A stretch of DNA of 32,000 nt from Candidatus Electrothrix sp. GW3-4 (GCF_037902255.1 NZ_CP147990.1:1140001-1172000); one strand, 5' to 3'; shown: positions 18,703-26,886, numbered from the stretch's first letter. Notes: generated from the letters alone by a model not told the origin. Program-made: numbers and translations.

Positions 18703-18725
18703 GGGCGCATGCCAAGCATGCGCCC
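18703..18725. terminator. bidirectional terminator hairpin
   Basis: GGGCGCATGC-CAA-GCATGCGCCC forms a perfect 10-bp stem. A-rich sequence lies upstream and T-containing sequence downstream. It sits between convergent transcription units. Confidence 0.6.
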
Positions 18726-18972
18726 TCTTGAGGTATCTTTTATATGAAAGTGGTCAGCGAAGCTAACCAGGCTTCCCTCTTTTCATGTTTTGTTGTCCCG
18801 GCCCAGGTGGACCGGGATCGGAGTTACAGCGTTCTTACTGGCTTGGGAAGCTAAGGAGAACATAGGGAACACAGGGAGGATCGGGGAGATGGCTCTCCCC
18901 CTCCCTTATCACCCTTATCAACATTGCCAACGTGATCAACGTTGGCAACCCCCTGTGCTTACCTGCACTCAC

Positions 18973-19590
18973 TTAACGTGAGGCTGGCTGGACCTTGAAT
19001 GCGGAAGCAGTAAAGACCCCATCTACATAACTGCCTTTGAGAGCGACCTCCGCCCCTACCTTAGCTTTTTCGCTGTTCTCTATTATAAGGTCCTTCTTGA
19101 CGTTGATCTTTCTCCCTGCCACCATCCAGGTGCCATAGGGCCAGTTGAGAGTGGGCATCTGTTCCACTGTCCCGATAAGTTCGCCGCTGGTTCCAAGTGG
19201 ATCAGCTTCCTTCAACACGCGAAGGTCGTAGGCCTTGAATATGCTGTTGCGTACCAGCCAGCTTCCCTCCAGCTCTACAAAAGAACCGATAGTTGGTTCT
19301 CCTTTTATGACTGTGGTCTCTGCAACGAGAACCTCACTGCCGTCTACTGTCCAGGTCCCGATCTGACCTTTCTGGGGAGCTTTTTGCACCACCCCGAGAA
19401 AGAGTATCTCGTTTTGTTCACTAAAAAGTGCTCCTGCTTGGTAGAGGCCATGTGCCTTGTCTTCGCTCATTGTCTGATTTCCTGCCGCCTGTACAGACAG
19501 CGGGAAGAGGAGTAACAAGAACAGCATGGGGAGTGCAAACAGATGTTTTTTTCTGTGGAACAATTCAATGGAAAGAGAATAGGTCTTCAT
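18973..19590 (-). CDS. secreted DUF5666-like protein, 205 aa
   Basis: An AAGGAG SD is present and the signal peptide ends ..PLSVQA. Two repeats match the G.V...P...GtW.V.G..V.V...T.I.G pattern that I associate with DUF5666. Confidence 0.6.
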   Translation of the reverse strand: MKTYSLSIELFHRKKHLFALPMLFLLLLFPLSVQAAGNQTMSEDKAHGLYQAGALFSEQNEILFLGVVQKAPQKGQIGTWTVDGSEVLVAETTVIKGEPTIGSFVELEGSWLVRNSIFKAYDLRVLKEADPLGTSGELIGTVEQMPTLNWPYGTWMVAGRKINVKKDLIIENSEKAKVGAEVALKGSYVDGVFTASAFKVQPASR

Positions 19591-19637
19591 GGAAATAGAT
19601 CTCCTTTTACTTATGTGCGTTGAAGTTTTTATAGTGC

Positions 19638-20018
19638 TCAGTGAGCGTTGGGTCGTTTATGCAGCGGGCTCATCTGGTCATGATATTGCCCGAGCAGTTT
19701 GTTTAAAAAGGAATGGCTGGGGAATTCATCGTGTAGATTAAAGGCACAGACAATAAAAACAATCGGCAGTGATGCCGTAATTGTTCCAGCCAGAGGAAGA
19801 TGCCATGAGCTGTGATGCGGCGAATTTTTGTCACGTAATATTATTATGTTGTTAACAATGCAGCCGCTGGAAAAACCTCCTGCCAAAGCCGCGATGATGA
19901 CAGGAATAAGGCCGAATGAGGAAGATGTAACACCTATATGCATGATAAGGGCGGAACTGACCAAGCTGGCCGAAACAAGCAGGCCGTATCCGAGAAAGCG
20001 TTTTGGCAAAAAATTCAT
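19638..20018 (-). CDS. small membrane protein with His-rich C-terminus, 126 aa
   Basis: A GAGG SD lies 6 nt upstream of the ATG. There are three or four hydrophobic helices. No family recognised. Confidence 0.55.
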   Translation of the reverse strand: MNFLPKRFLGYGLLVSASLVSSALIMHIGVTSSSFGLIPVIIAALAGGFSSGCIVNNIIILRDKNSPHHSSWHLPLAGTITASLPIVFIVCAFNLHDEFPSHSFLNKLLGQYHDQMSPLHKRPNAH

Positions 20019-20027
20019 GATAACCTC

Positions 20028-20282
20028 TCAGGTGGATTTTACAAGTAAAGCCGGATGTTCCGAGCTTGTTTTTTCTTGGCCAGGAGTTGTTTTTTGTACA
20101 GTTTTTATGGGTAAACCGAATCGGTCAATTATTTGCCCGCTGATCGGCCTTAGTCTTCGCCCCCGCAAAGCAAGATAGTTGTAAGTAAGGCGATTAAAAA
20201 CAGACCAAAGAATATGATCATCGGACCGGGCCCAGATCAATTCTTCTGCATGGATGTCGAGTCGACCGTAATAAGAATGCAC
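20028..20282 (-). CDS. hypothetical ORF (84 aa from GTG), possibly the distal part of a frameshifted gene starting at 20347/20335
   Basis: It ends 9 nt before the next gene's start. It has no SD of its own. An SD-equipped 32-36-aa ORF overlaps its 5' end in the +1 frame (see finding). Confidence 0.3.
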   Translation of the reverse strand: MHSYYGRLDIHAEELIWARSDDHILWSVFNRLTYNYLALRGRRLRPISGQIIDRFGLPIKTVQKTTPGQEKTSSEHPALLVKST

Positions 20283-20630
20283 GCTGTTTGGGTGATAAAA
20301 GGGATGCGAGGTGCATGCTTCTTAGTATTTTTCATGGTGTATTTCACGGTGCTGTCTCCTTTTGTTGCGCTAAAGGGGGCGTTCCCCGGTTCTTTACCTT
20401 ATATCTCCACAATAACAGAATCTATCTTAACAGAGCATGAACGTATAATGAACAGAGAATGAAACAGATGTAGAGCGTGTGCTATTAAGTGGATAAAAAA
20501 TGCTCATTTTATTTTTTCGGCTCTCAAGCAGAGAGAGGACATTCCCTGCTGTTGGCAAGGGGGGAAAGGAGGGGGCTTCCTGTATTAACAGGATATTTTT
20601 TGCGAGTAATGAAAAAAAACTTGCTTATCC

Positions 20631-20660
20631 TTGGGGATCGGGTATTACTGTCATTATAAT
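20631..20660 (+). promoter_or_regulatory. Candidate promoter TTGGGG-18-TATAAT
   Basis: A perfect -10 TATAAT at 20655-20660 with a weak -35. A strong terminator lies about 45 nt downstream. Confidence 0.3.
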
Positions 20661-20705
20661 GTTTGTGTAGTCACTATTTGTAGTTCATGAATTACGAAGA
20701 GAATG

Positions 20706-20743
20706 CCGCACAATCTCTCCCGGAGAGGCGTGCGGTTTTTTTT
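20706..20743 (+). terminator. Rho-independent terminator/attenuator upstream of csp
   Basis: CCGCAC..CTCTCC-C-GGAGAG..GTGCGG forms a nested hairpin (20706-20735). It is followed by T8 (20736-20743). Confidence 0.7.
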
Positions 20744-20813
20744 GTTTTGAACACGGTGGCTGCGATCGAGAAGATCTTTTTCCGTGCTGACGCGAATGAG
20801 ATCCTCTTGATGT

Positions 20814-20843
20814 TTGAATGATTTAAGCGGTTCTGCATATAAG
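20814..20843 (+). promoter_or_regulatory. Candidate csp-proximal promoter TTGAAT-18-TATAAG
   Basis: Hexamers read directly from the sequence. The site lies about 35 nt upstream of the csp ATG. Confidence 0.35.
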
Positions 20844-20876
20844 GGTTGAATCGCGAACAGTAAGGAGTAGCTGGAA

Positions 20877-21077
20877 ATGGCAGAAGGTACAGTAAAATGG
20901 TTTAACGATGCCAAGGGATTCGGGTTCATTGAGCAGGACGGTGGTCCTGATGTCTTTGTTCATCATTCTGCAATCAATTCCGAGGGGTTTCGGTCCTTGC
21001 AGGAAGGAGCTCGGGTGAGCTTTGACGTCGTTGACGGACAAAAAGGACTGGCTGCCGAAAATGTTGTTCAGCAGTAA
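20877..21077 (+). CDS. cold-shock protein, CspA family, 66 aa
   Basis: [15 protein letters not shown] (RNP1) and DVFVHHS (RNP2) are present, preceded by an AAGGAG SD. Confidence 0.95.
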   Translation: MAEGTVKWFNDAKGFGFIEQDGGPDVFVHHSAINSEGFRSLQEGARVSFDVVDGQKGLAAENVVQQ

Positions 21078-21100
21078 GGGTTGATCCAATCAGTTGTAAC

Positions 21101-21132
21101 AACCCCGTAATATTATATTGCGGGGTTTTTTT
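21101..21132 (+). terminator. Rho-independent terminator of csp
   Basis: CCCCG (21103-21107) pairs with CGGGG (21121-21125), followed by T7. Confidence 0.8.
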
Positions 21133-21319
21133 ATATCCGGTGTTATGAGGCTGTAACAGGAAAAACATTTACGCAACCAAGCTGTTCCTGTTATAGTGGG
21201 TCGAATCACGAAAAGAAAGGAACTGGCCGAATGAGCCGGAAGTGTACAAGAAAGATACAAAAACACCAGGTTGGGAGGACTTCTTGCCTGGCAGGTCCAA
21301 AGGATAAAAACGCCCCTAA

Positions 21320-21345
21320 CTCTTTGTGAGTCCTCTTTGTGAGTC
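21320..21345. repeat. perfect 13-bp tandem duplication CTCTTTGTGAGTC x2
   Basis: 21320-21332 equals 21333-21345. It lies about 110 nt upstream of the ABC-F start. Confidence 0.95.
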
Positions 21346-21454
21346 ACGCCCGTTGCCTTAAATAAGCACGGTTAACGTTGTTTCCCCGCCTTTTTTCTTT
21401 CTGTCCTTACTCATCATTGCAGAATTCACCTGCTATAACTTTAGCGAGCAAGCT

Positions 21455-23083
21455 ATGATAACAACAAATAATATAGGCCTCTCTTATGGTAAGAGGGTTA
21501 TTTTTAAAGAAGTAAATATTAAGTTTACACCAGGTAATTGCTACGGACTGATTGGTGCTAACGGTGCTGGAAAATCCACCTTTCTCAAGATTCTTTCTCG
21601 AGAGATTGATCCGGATCATGGAGAGGTCTCCATAACACCGGGACAACGTCTTGCCGTGCTGAATCAGGATCACTTTGCCTTTGATGAGCATACAGTCATC
21701 AATACTGTGATCATGGGGCATAAAGAGCTCTACAAGATCATGGCCGAGCGTGATGCCATCTATGCCAAAGCAGATTTCACTGAGGAGGATGGTATTCGCT
21801 CCGGTGAACTGGAGGTGCTGTTCGGAGAGATGAACGGCTATGAGGCGGAATCCGAAGCAGCCGTCCTCCTCAAGGGGCTGGGCATCGGCGAAGACCTGCT
21901 CCAGAGAACAATGAAGGACCTGGAAGGAACGGAAAAGGTCCGGGTTCTGTTGGCCCAGGCCCTGTTCGGTAATCCAGACATCCTCCTTCTGGATGAGCCC
22001 ACTAACCATCTGGATATTGCAACCATTACCTGGCTGGAGAACTTCCTCTCCCGTTTTCAGAATACCGTTATTATTGTTTCCCATGATCGCCATTTCCTCA
22101 ACCAGGTCTGTACTCATATGGCAGATATTGATTACGGTAGGATCAGGGTCTATGTGGGGAATTATGATTTTTGGCAGCAGGCCAGTGAATTGCATTTTCG
22201 TCAGAAAGAGAGCCAGAGCAAAAAGGTCAAGGCCAAGGAGCAGGAACTCAAGGCCTTTATCCAGCGTTTCAGCTCCAATGCCTCCAAGGCCCGCCAGGCC
22301 ACCTCTCGTAAGAAGCTCCTGGAAAAACTCACCATTGAAGATATGCCGGTATCTTCTCGTAAATATCCCTATATCGAGTTTAAACCAGAGCGTCCCTGTG
22401 GCGATGTGATTCTGGAGATTGAGGGATTAAGCAAGGAGGTGGACGGGGTGACTATGTTCAAAGACTTCAATTTGATCGTCAATAAAGGGGACAAGATTGC
22501 CTTTGCCGGTCCGAACAGCTTAGCCAAGACCACCCTGTTCCAGATTCTGTCCGGTGAACTGGAACCGGACAGCGGTTCTTTCCGTTGGGGAGTGACCATC
22601 ACCAACTCCTATTTTCCCAAGGAGAATGCCGCCTATTTTACCGACGATGGACTGGATTTGGTCAGTTGGCTGCGCCAGTATGCCCCGCCCAAAGAGGACG
22701 AGAGTTTTGTTCGGGGATTTCTCGGGAGAATGCTGTTTTCCGGCGAGGAGGCCATGAAAAAGACCGCTGTCCTCTCCGGTGGAGAGCGGGTGCGTTGTAT
22801 GCTGTCCCGTATGATGCTTTCCGGGGCTAATGTGTTGATTCTGGATGAACCCACCAATCATCTGGATCTGGAGTCCATCACTTCTCTGAATAATGCCCTG
22901 ACCGCCTATTCCGAGGTGGCGCTTTTTGCTTCCCACGACCATCAGTTTGTCTCGACAGTAGCGAACAGGATTATCGAGTTTTTTCCTGACCGTATTGTTG
23001 ATGAGATGATGGATTTTGACGATTACCTGGCCATGCGGGATGGTGATCTGGCTGGTGATTATTCCGAGCAAAAGGCCGCCTGA
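21455..23083 (+). CDS. ABC-F family ATPase (two ABC domains, no TM domain), 542 aa
   Basis: There are two Walker A sites (GANGAGKST, GPNSLAKTT), two signature/Walker B pairs (LLLDEPTNHLD, LILDEPTNHLD) and a charged inter-domain linker. It resembles the YbiT/EttA class. Confidence 0.92.
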   Translation: MITTNNIGLSYGKRVIFKEVNIKFTPGNCYGLIGANGAGKSTFLKILSREIDPDHGEVSITPGQRLAVLNQDHFAFDEHTVINTVIMGHKELYKIMAERDAIYAKADFTEEDGIRSGELEVLFGEMNGYEAESEAAVLLKGLGIGEDLLQRTMKDLEGTEKVRVLLAQALFGNPDILLLDEPTNHLDIATITWLENFLSRFQNTVIIVSHDRHFLNQVCTHMADIDYGRIRVYVGNYDFWQQASELHFRQKESQSKKVKAKEQELKAFIQRFSSNASKARQATSRKKLLEKLTIEDMPVSSRKYPYIEFKPERPCGDVILEIEGLSKEVDGVTMFKDFNLIVNKGDKIAFAGPNSLAKTTLFQILSGELEPDSGSFRWGVTITNSYFPKENAAYFTDDGLDLVSWLRQYAPPKEDESFVRGFLGRMLFSGEEAMKKTAVLSGGERVRCMLSRMMLSGANVLILDEPTNHLDLESITSLNNALTAYSEVALFASHDHQFVSTVANRIIEFFPDRIVDEMMDFDDYLAMRDGDLAGDYSEQKAA

Positions 23084-23120
23084 ATTTCAGGGAAAAACGA
23101 GACTATGTTCCATAAAAAAT

Positions 23121-24668
23121 ATGATAAAACGATTCCTTATTAAGGCCGGACGCAAATTGAAACGGCTGACCAGATCAGGTGAGAGAAAGAAGAAGATAAC
23201 TTCTCCGTCCGATCAAGAACTGGTGCAGGCAACAGGGCAGCAGCACAGATCTTCCGATAAAAGGACCCATTCTCCATATGCGGAACAGCAAGGAGACTCA
23301 GAAAGGCGGGAGCAGGACCGTCCTCCTCGTAAGCCGAGAAAGAAAAAGCCTCGCTGGACCCTGGAGCAATTTCCGGTGGATCCTGTGGAAGGCCAAAGTC
23401 GTTTTCATGATTTCTCCCTGCCGCTGGGCCTGATGCATGCTATTGCTGATCTTGATTTCAAATATTGTACCCCGATTCAGGAAAAGGCCTTACCGGATGC
23501 CATGGCTGGTAAAGATATCATCGCCAGGGCTGGGACCGGGACTGGCAAGAGCGCAGTCTTTCTGGTTGCGGTCTTTGCCCGCCTGATCAGCGAGAATAAG
23601 CGGCAACGGCAATCAGGGGAAAAATACCCTGGGCGGAAGCCTGGGGCTCCCCGTGCCCTGATTATTGCTCCAACCAGAGAATTGGTTATGCAGATCGCCA
23701 AGGACGGTAAGGCCTTGGCCAACTATTCGCCCCTGCGCATTGTCGCGGTTTACGGGGGCACGGATTACCAGAAGCAGGAGCAGGTCCTGAGAGAACGTCC
23801 TGTTGATGTCCTGGTAGCCACCCCAGGGCGTCTGTTGGATTATGTCTCGAAAAAGATTGTTGATCTGCGGCAGGCCGGAATTATGGTCATTGATGAGGCG
23901 GACAGGATGTTGGACATGGGTTTTATTCCCGATGTCCGACGGATCATCTATAAAACCCCGCCCAAGGAGCAACGCCAGACCATGCTCTTCTCCGCTACCC
24001 TGACCGAGGATGTCAAACATCTTGCCTCGCAATGGTGCGTAAAACCCATATCGATTGAGAGCGCTCCTGAACAGGTGGCCGTGGACACGGTGCAGCAGCT
24101 GGTCTACACCGTGACCAGTGAGGAGAAATACCATGTGCTCTATAACCTGATCACAGGCCAGGAACATGCGCGGATCATGGTCTTTACCAATATGAAAAGC
24201 GAGGCTGCCCGCCTGAATGATCGGTTGCGGCGGAACGGGATCAATGCTATTCTACTCACCGGAGATGTTCCCCAAAAAAAACGGATGACCCGCCTAGAAA
24301 GCTTTCGAGCCAGCGAGAACGGTGTGATGATTGCCACAGATGTGGCCGGGCGTGGAATCCATATCGACGGGATCAGTCATGTGGTGAATTATACCCTGCC
24401 CTATGAACCGGAAGATTATGTCCACCGGATTGGCAGGACGGGCAGGGCAGGGGAAAGCGGTATTGCCATCTGTTTTGCCTGTGAAGAAGGGGCATTTCAG
24501 CTACCTGATATTGAAGAGTACATCGGGAGGTCACTGGCCTGTACCCTGCCAGAGGAAGAGCTCTTGGTAAAGCCTCCCAAGGGGAGCAAGAAAGGCGGGA
24601 ATGAAAAGGTCCCCCATCGAAATAGCGGGAGTAGTGGTGGGAGAAGGCCTCGGCCAAGAAGGCGGTAA
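23121..24668 (+). CDS. DEAD-box ATP-dependent RNA helicase with basic N- and C-terminal extensions, 515 aa
   Basis: Motifs present are AGTGTGKS, PTRELV, VIDEADRML, SAT and HRIGRTGRAG, with an R/G-rich tail. I chose the ATG at 23121 because the track's 23016 start overlaps the ABC-F gene. Confidence 0.9.
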   Translation: MIKRFLIKAGRKLKRLTRSGERKKKITSPSDQELVQATGQQHRSSDKRTHSPYAEQQGDSERREQDRPPRKPRKKKPRWTLEQFPVDPVEGQSRFHDFSLPLGLMHAIADLDFKYCTPIQEKALPDAMAGKDIIARAGTGTGKSAVFLVAVFARLISENKRQRQSGEKYPGRKPGAPRALIIAPTRELVMQIAKDGKALANYSPLRIVAVYGGTDYQKQEQVLRERPVDVLVATPGRLLDYVSKKIVDLRQAGIMVIDEADRMLDMGFIPDVRRIIYKTPPKEQRQTMLFSATLTEDVKHLASQWCVKPISIESAPEQVAVDTVQQLVYTVTSEEKYHVLYNLITGQEHARIMVFTNMKSEAARLNDRLRRNGINAILLTGDVPQKKRMTRLESFRASENGVMIATDVAGRGIHIDGISHVVNYTLPYEPEDYVHRIGRTGRAGESGIAICFACEEGAFQLPDIEEYIGRSLACTLPEEELLVKPPKGSKKGGNEKVPHRNSGSSGGRRPRPRRR

Positions 24669-24789
24669 TATTTTATATGAAAGTACCGACGACTCTTTGG
24701 AGTCATCCGGTCACCTTTCATGATTTGTTGTCCCTCCCCAGAGGGGGAAGGATGGGCGTTATTCGGAACAGAAACAGGAGAAAGGAAAA

Positions 24790-24969
24790 ATGAAGCTGAT
24801 GAAGAGAGTTGTAGGTGGTGTTGTCCTGGCTGGAGTGGCACTGGTGCTGTCAGGTTGTCCAGCGCAGGTTGGTAGTGAGCGCTGGTGTCAGAATATGCGG
24901 GATAAACCTAAAGCGGATTGGAGTGCCAGTGAAGCTGTTGATTTTGCTAAGCATTGCATTATAAAATAA
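24790..24969 (+). CDS. DUF3012-like small lipoprotein, 59 aa
   Basis: Translated by hand as MKLMKRVVGGVVLAGVALVLSGC (lipobox LSGC) followed by ..GSERWCQNMRDKPKADWSASEAVDFAKHC. This matches my recollection of the DUF3012 pattern. Confidence 0.65.
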   Translation: MKLMKRVVGGVVLAGVALVLSGCPAQVGSERWCQNMRDKPKADWSASEAVDFAKHCIIK

Positions 24970-25058
24970 CGCGTATGGTCAGAGGGCTCAGCAGGGTTAA
25001 AAAATTGGCAGGCAGTTCGTATGGGCCATTTTTTTATAAAAAATGAGGAGGGAGCAGG

Positions 25059-25310
25059 ATGGATCTCACGCAGTTGTTGATCATGCTCGGCCTTGGTGCA
25101 TTGGCTGGTTGGCTGGCAGGTAAAATATTGAAGGGCGGCGGTTCCGGCTTGATAGTAAATATGATTGTCGGAATTATTGGCTCGGTGATCGGTGGCTGGA
25201 CCTTTGGCCAGCTGGGCATCTCAGTGGGTAATGATCTGATCGGTTCCCTGGTCACCGCTGTGGTGGGGGCTATGATCCTCCTCTTTATTGTGGGGCTGGT
25301 GAAGAAGTAA
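25059..25310 (+). CDS. GlsB/YeaQ/YmgE (transglycosylase-associated) stress membrane protein, 83 aa
   Basis: GALAGWLAGKI.KG.G.GLI.N...GIIGSVIGGW is the typical family sequence, preceded by a GGAGGGAG SD. Confidence 0.85.
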   Translation: MDLTQLLIMLGLGALAGWLAGKILKGGGSGLIVNMIVGIIGSVIGGWTFGQLGISVGNDLIGSLVTAVVGAMILLFIVGLVKK

Positions 25311-25345
25311 GCCAAGCCCTCCCACAGTTCGTAGCCTCGAACAAG

Positions 25346-25384
25346 AAAAGGCCGTTTCTGTTCAGCAGGAGCGGCCTTTTTTTT
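25346..25384 (+). terminator. Rho-independent terminator
   Basis: GGCCG (25350-25354) pairs with CGGCC (25372-25376). A-rich sequence precedes it and T8 follows. Confidence 0.8.
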
Positions 25385-25482
25385 AATTTTTCCGCGCGAC
25401 TAAAGCACGACAGGAGGAAATGGAAGCCTTTTTTGTCCTGGAGTGACATGCGGCCTGATCTATCATCCTTACATATTTTCTG

Positions 25483-25511
25483 TTGACAAGAGGGGAGGCG
25501 TTGCGTAAGCT
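25483..25511 (+). promoter_or_regulatory. Candidate sigma70 promoter TTGACA-17-TAAGCT
   Basis: A consensus -35 lies at 25483-25488, then a 17-nt spacer, then a TAnnnT -10 at 25506-25511. The track's TTG start at 25483 is this -35 box. Confidence 0.45.
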
Positions 25512-25632
25512 GGCTGGCCCGACGTTTCTGCGGGGTCTTTTTCTATCGCTAGGGCAGGGAAGAACGATTGTGTTTCGCCCGTTCCTGGTTAATTATTCCT
25601 TTGTACTGCAACTTGCTGGAGATACACGAATT

Positions 25633-26814
25633 ATGCAGGTAAGCCCACGAGAGATAACTGTCCCCTACCGACCGATTCCACTCCCGATTCCAGAGGGCAT
25701 AAAGCCCAACGAGTTCTTCAACAGCGCAGAGAACCTGCACGATCTGGTGCAGAACAACGGCCTGCTGCTCACCCCGGAAAATCTGCTCCTCTATCGCAAG
25801 GCCCTTGGCCATAGCCGGGAATTTGACACCTCTATTATATACAACACCTCCAAGTGCATTCTCGATCCACTCGGACGGCCTGCGCGACGCACCCAAGTAC
25901 CCCCGCCGGTACGGCAAATCTGGAACAGGATGAATCAGATCATCATCTCCTATATGCTGGAGCAGTATCCCGACCCGGACGCTTGGCTGATTCTGGCCGG
26001 GGAAGCCAGTCTGGACGCAACTTGGGCCCTGACCTCACCCGGTGTGCCGAGTATCCGCATGCTTCACAATCATTTCATTGTCTTCAGCAAGGAGGAATTG
26101 CGGCAGGCGAAACTGGCTGACCCAAATAACCCGAACCTGACCGACGGCGACCAGCACAGCCTGTTTGCAGAGCATATTCCGCATGTGTACCGGGAGTTCT
26201 TTGCCAAGGCGCTGGATTTCGACATTCTGCAAGCCGTAGACAGGGAATCGACCAAGGTCGGGCTGACCGGATACCCGCAGGGGCTGCCAAGCTGGGAGGT
26301 GCGCGGCGGCGTGACAGCCCTGCAGGACATCCGCTTCTGGCAGGAATATGATATGGTCCTGAAGGGCTTTCTCGACTTCTACCGCACCTTCTTCGGCCAG
26401 GTTTCGACCCGCAATGCGTCCATGCCGAAGCACGTTTATTTCCCAGACCAGGTCGAGCAGGTGCTGCTCTTTAACAACGATTTCCTCAAGGTGGCCAAGA
26501 TGGTGCGCGATCGCTGCATCAAGGAGCCGAAATACGCCAACAGTATCCGCTGGAAGCCCGCCTTCAAGCAGCTCATCTATCGGAATGATGAGGGCAAGCT
26601 GATCGTCACCATCAGCCAGAACTCGGTGGGTAACGCGATTACGGAGCTGCTGGGTGTGGTGGTGAACCGCGTCCCTGATGCCGCAGGGTATGCGGAGATC
26701 GAGCCGAAGTTGCTGGAGAAGCTCTTTGAGCTGCGACAGCGGCTGGTTGAGGCGGATCTGGGAGTGCCGGTCAAAAATCAGTTCTGGCAGGAACAAGGTG
26801 CCGAGATGAGTTGA
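25633..26814 (+). CDS. hypothetical protein, 393 aa, no family recognised
   Basis: A long clean ORF with a GGAGA about 11 nt upstream of the ATG at 25633. It appears soluble, with no TM or signal segment. It ends 72 nt before the first CRISPR repeat. Confidence 0.7.
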   Translation: MQVSPREITVPYRPIPLPIPEGIKPNEFFNSAENLHDLVQNNGLLLTPENLLLYRKALGHSREFDTSIIYNTSKCILDPLGRPARRTQVPPPVRQIWNRMNQIIISYMLEQYPDPDAWLILAGEASLDATWALTSPGVPSIRMLHNHFIVFSKEELRQAKLADPNNPNLTDGDQHSLFAEHIPHVYREFFAKALDFDILQAVDRESTKVGLTGYPQGLPSWEVRGGVTALQDIRFWQEYDMVLKGFLDFYRTFFGQVSTRNASMPKHVYFPDQVEQVLLFNNDFLKVAKMVRDRCIKEPKYANSIRWKPAFKQLIYRNDEGKLIVTISQNSVGNAITELLGVVVNRVPDAAGYAEIEPKLLEKLFELRQRLVEADLGVPVKNQFWQEQGAEMS

Positions 26815-26886
26815 GGATGGCAGGCCGTTGTCTGTCCGGCTGAAATGAGTTTCTCCGTCGGCATCGATACCGGCGAAGCCATGGAG

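Noticed and set aside
20654-21347. Minus-strand ORFs of 64-91 aa overlapping csp and its flanks.
   Set aside because: They overlap the certain csp gene and its terminators. No SD is present.
21407-22195. A 262-aa minus-strand ORF.
   Set aside because: It is antisense to the well-supported ABC-F gene and shows no recognisable motifs.
23016-23120. N-terminal extensions offered by the ORF track: helicase from 23016, RR from 16161, the 393-aa protein from TTG 25483, and the hypothetical from GTG 11610.
   Set aside because: The extensions overlap upstream genes or promoter boxes. They encode implausible sequence ahead of canonical family N-termini (for example MKILIVEDE).
25633-26814. The idea that the 393-aa protein is a HIT/GalT-like nucleotidyltransferase, based on LHNHFIVF.
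   Set aside because: The match is a single short string lacking the third His/Gln of the triad. That is insufficient for a call, so it is left as hypothetical.
26815-26886. Looked for a degenerate terminal repeat or leader between the 393-aa gene and the first repeat.
   Set aside because: The 72-nt spacer has no similarity to the repeat beyond a chance GTTTCTCC. It is too short and GC-rich to look like a leader.
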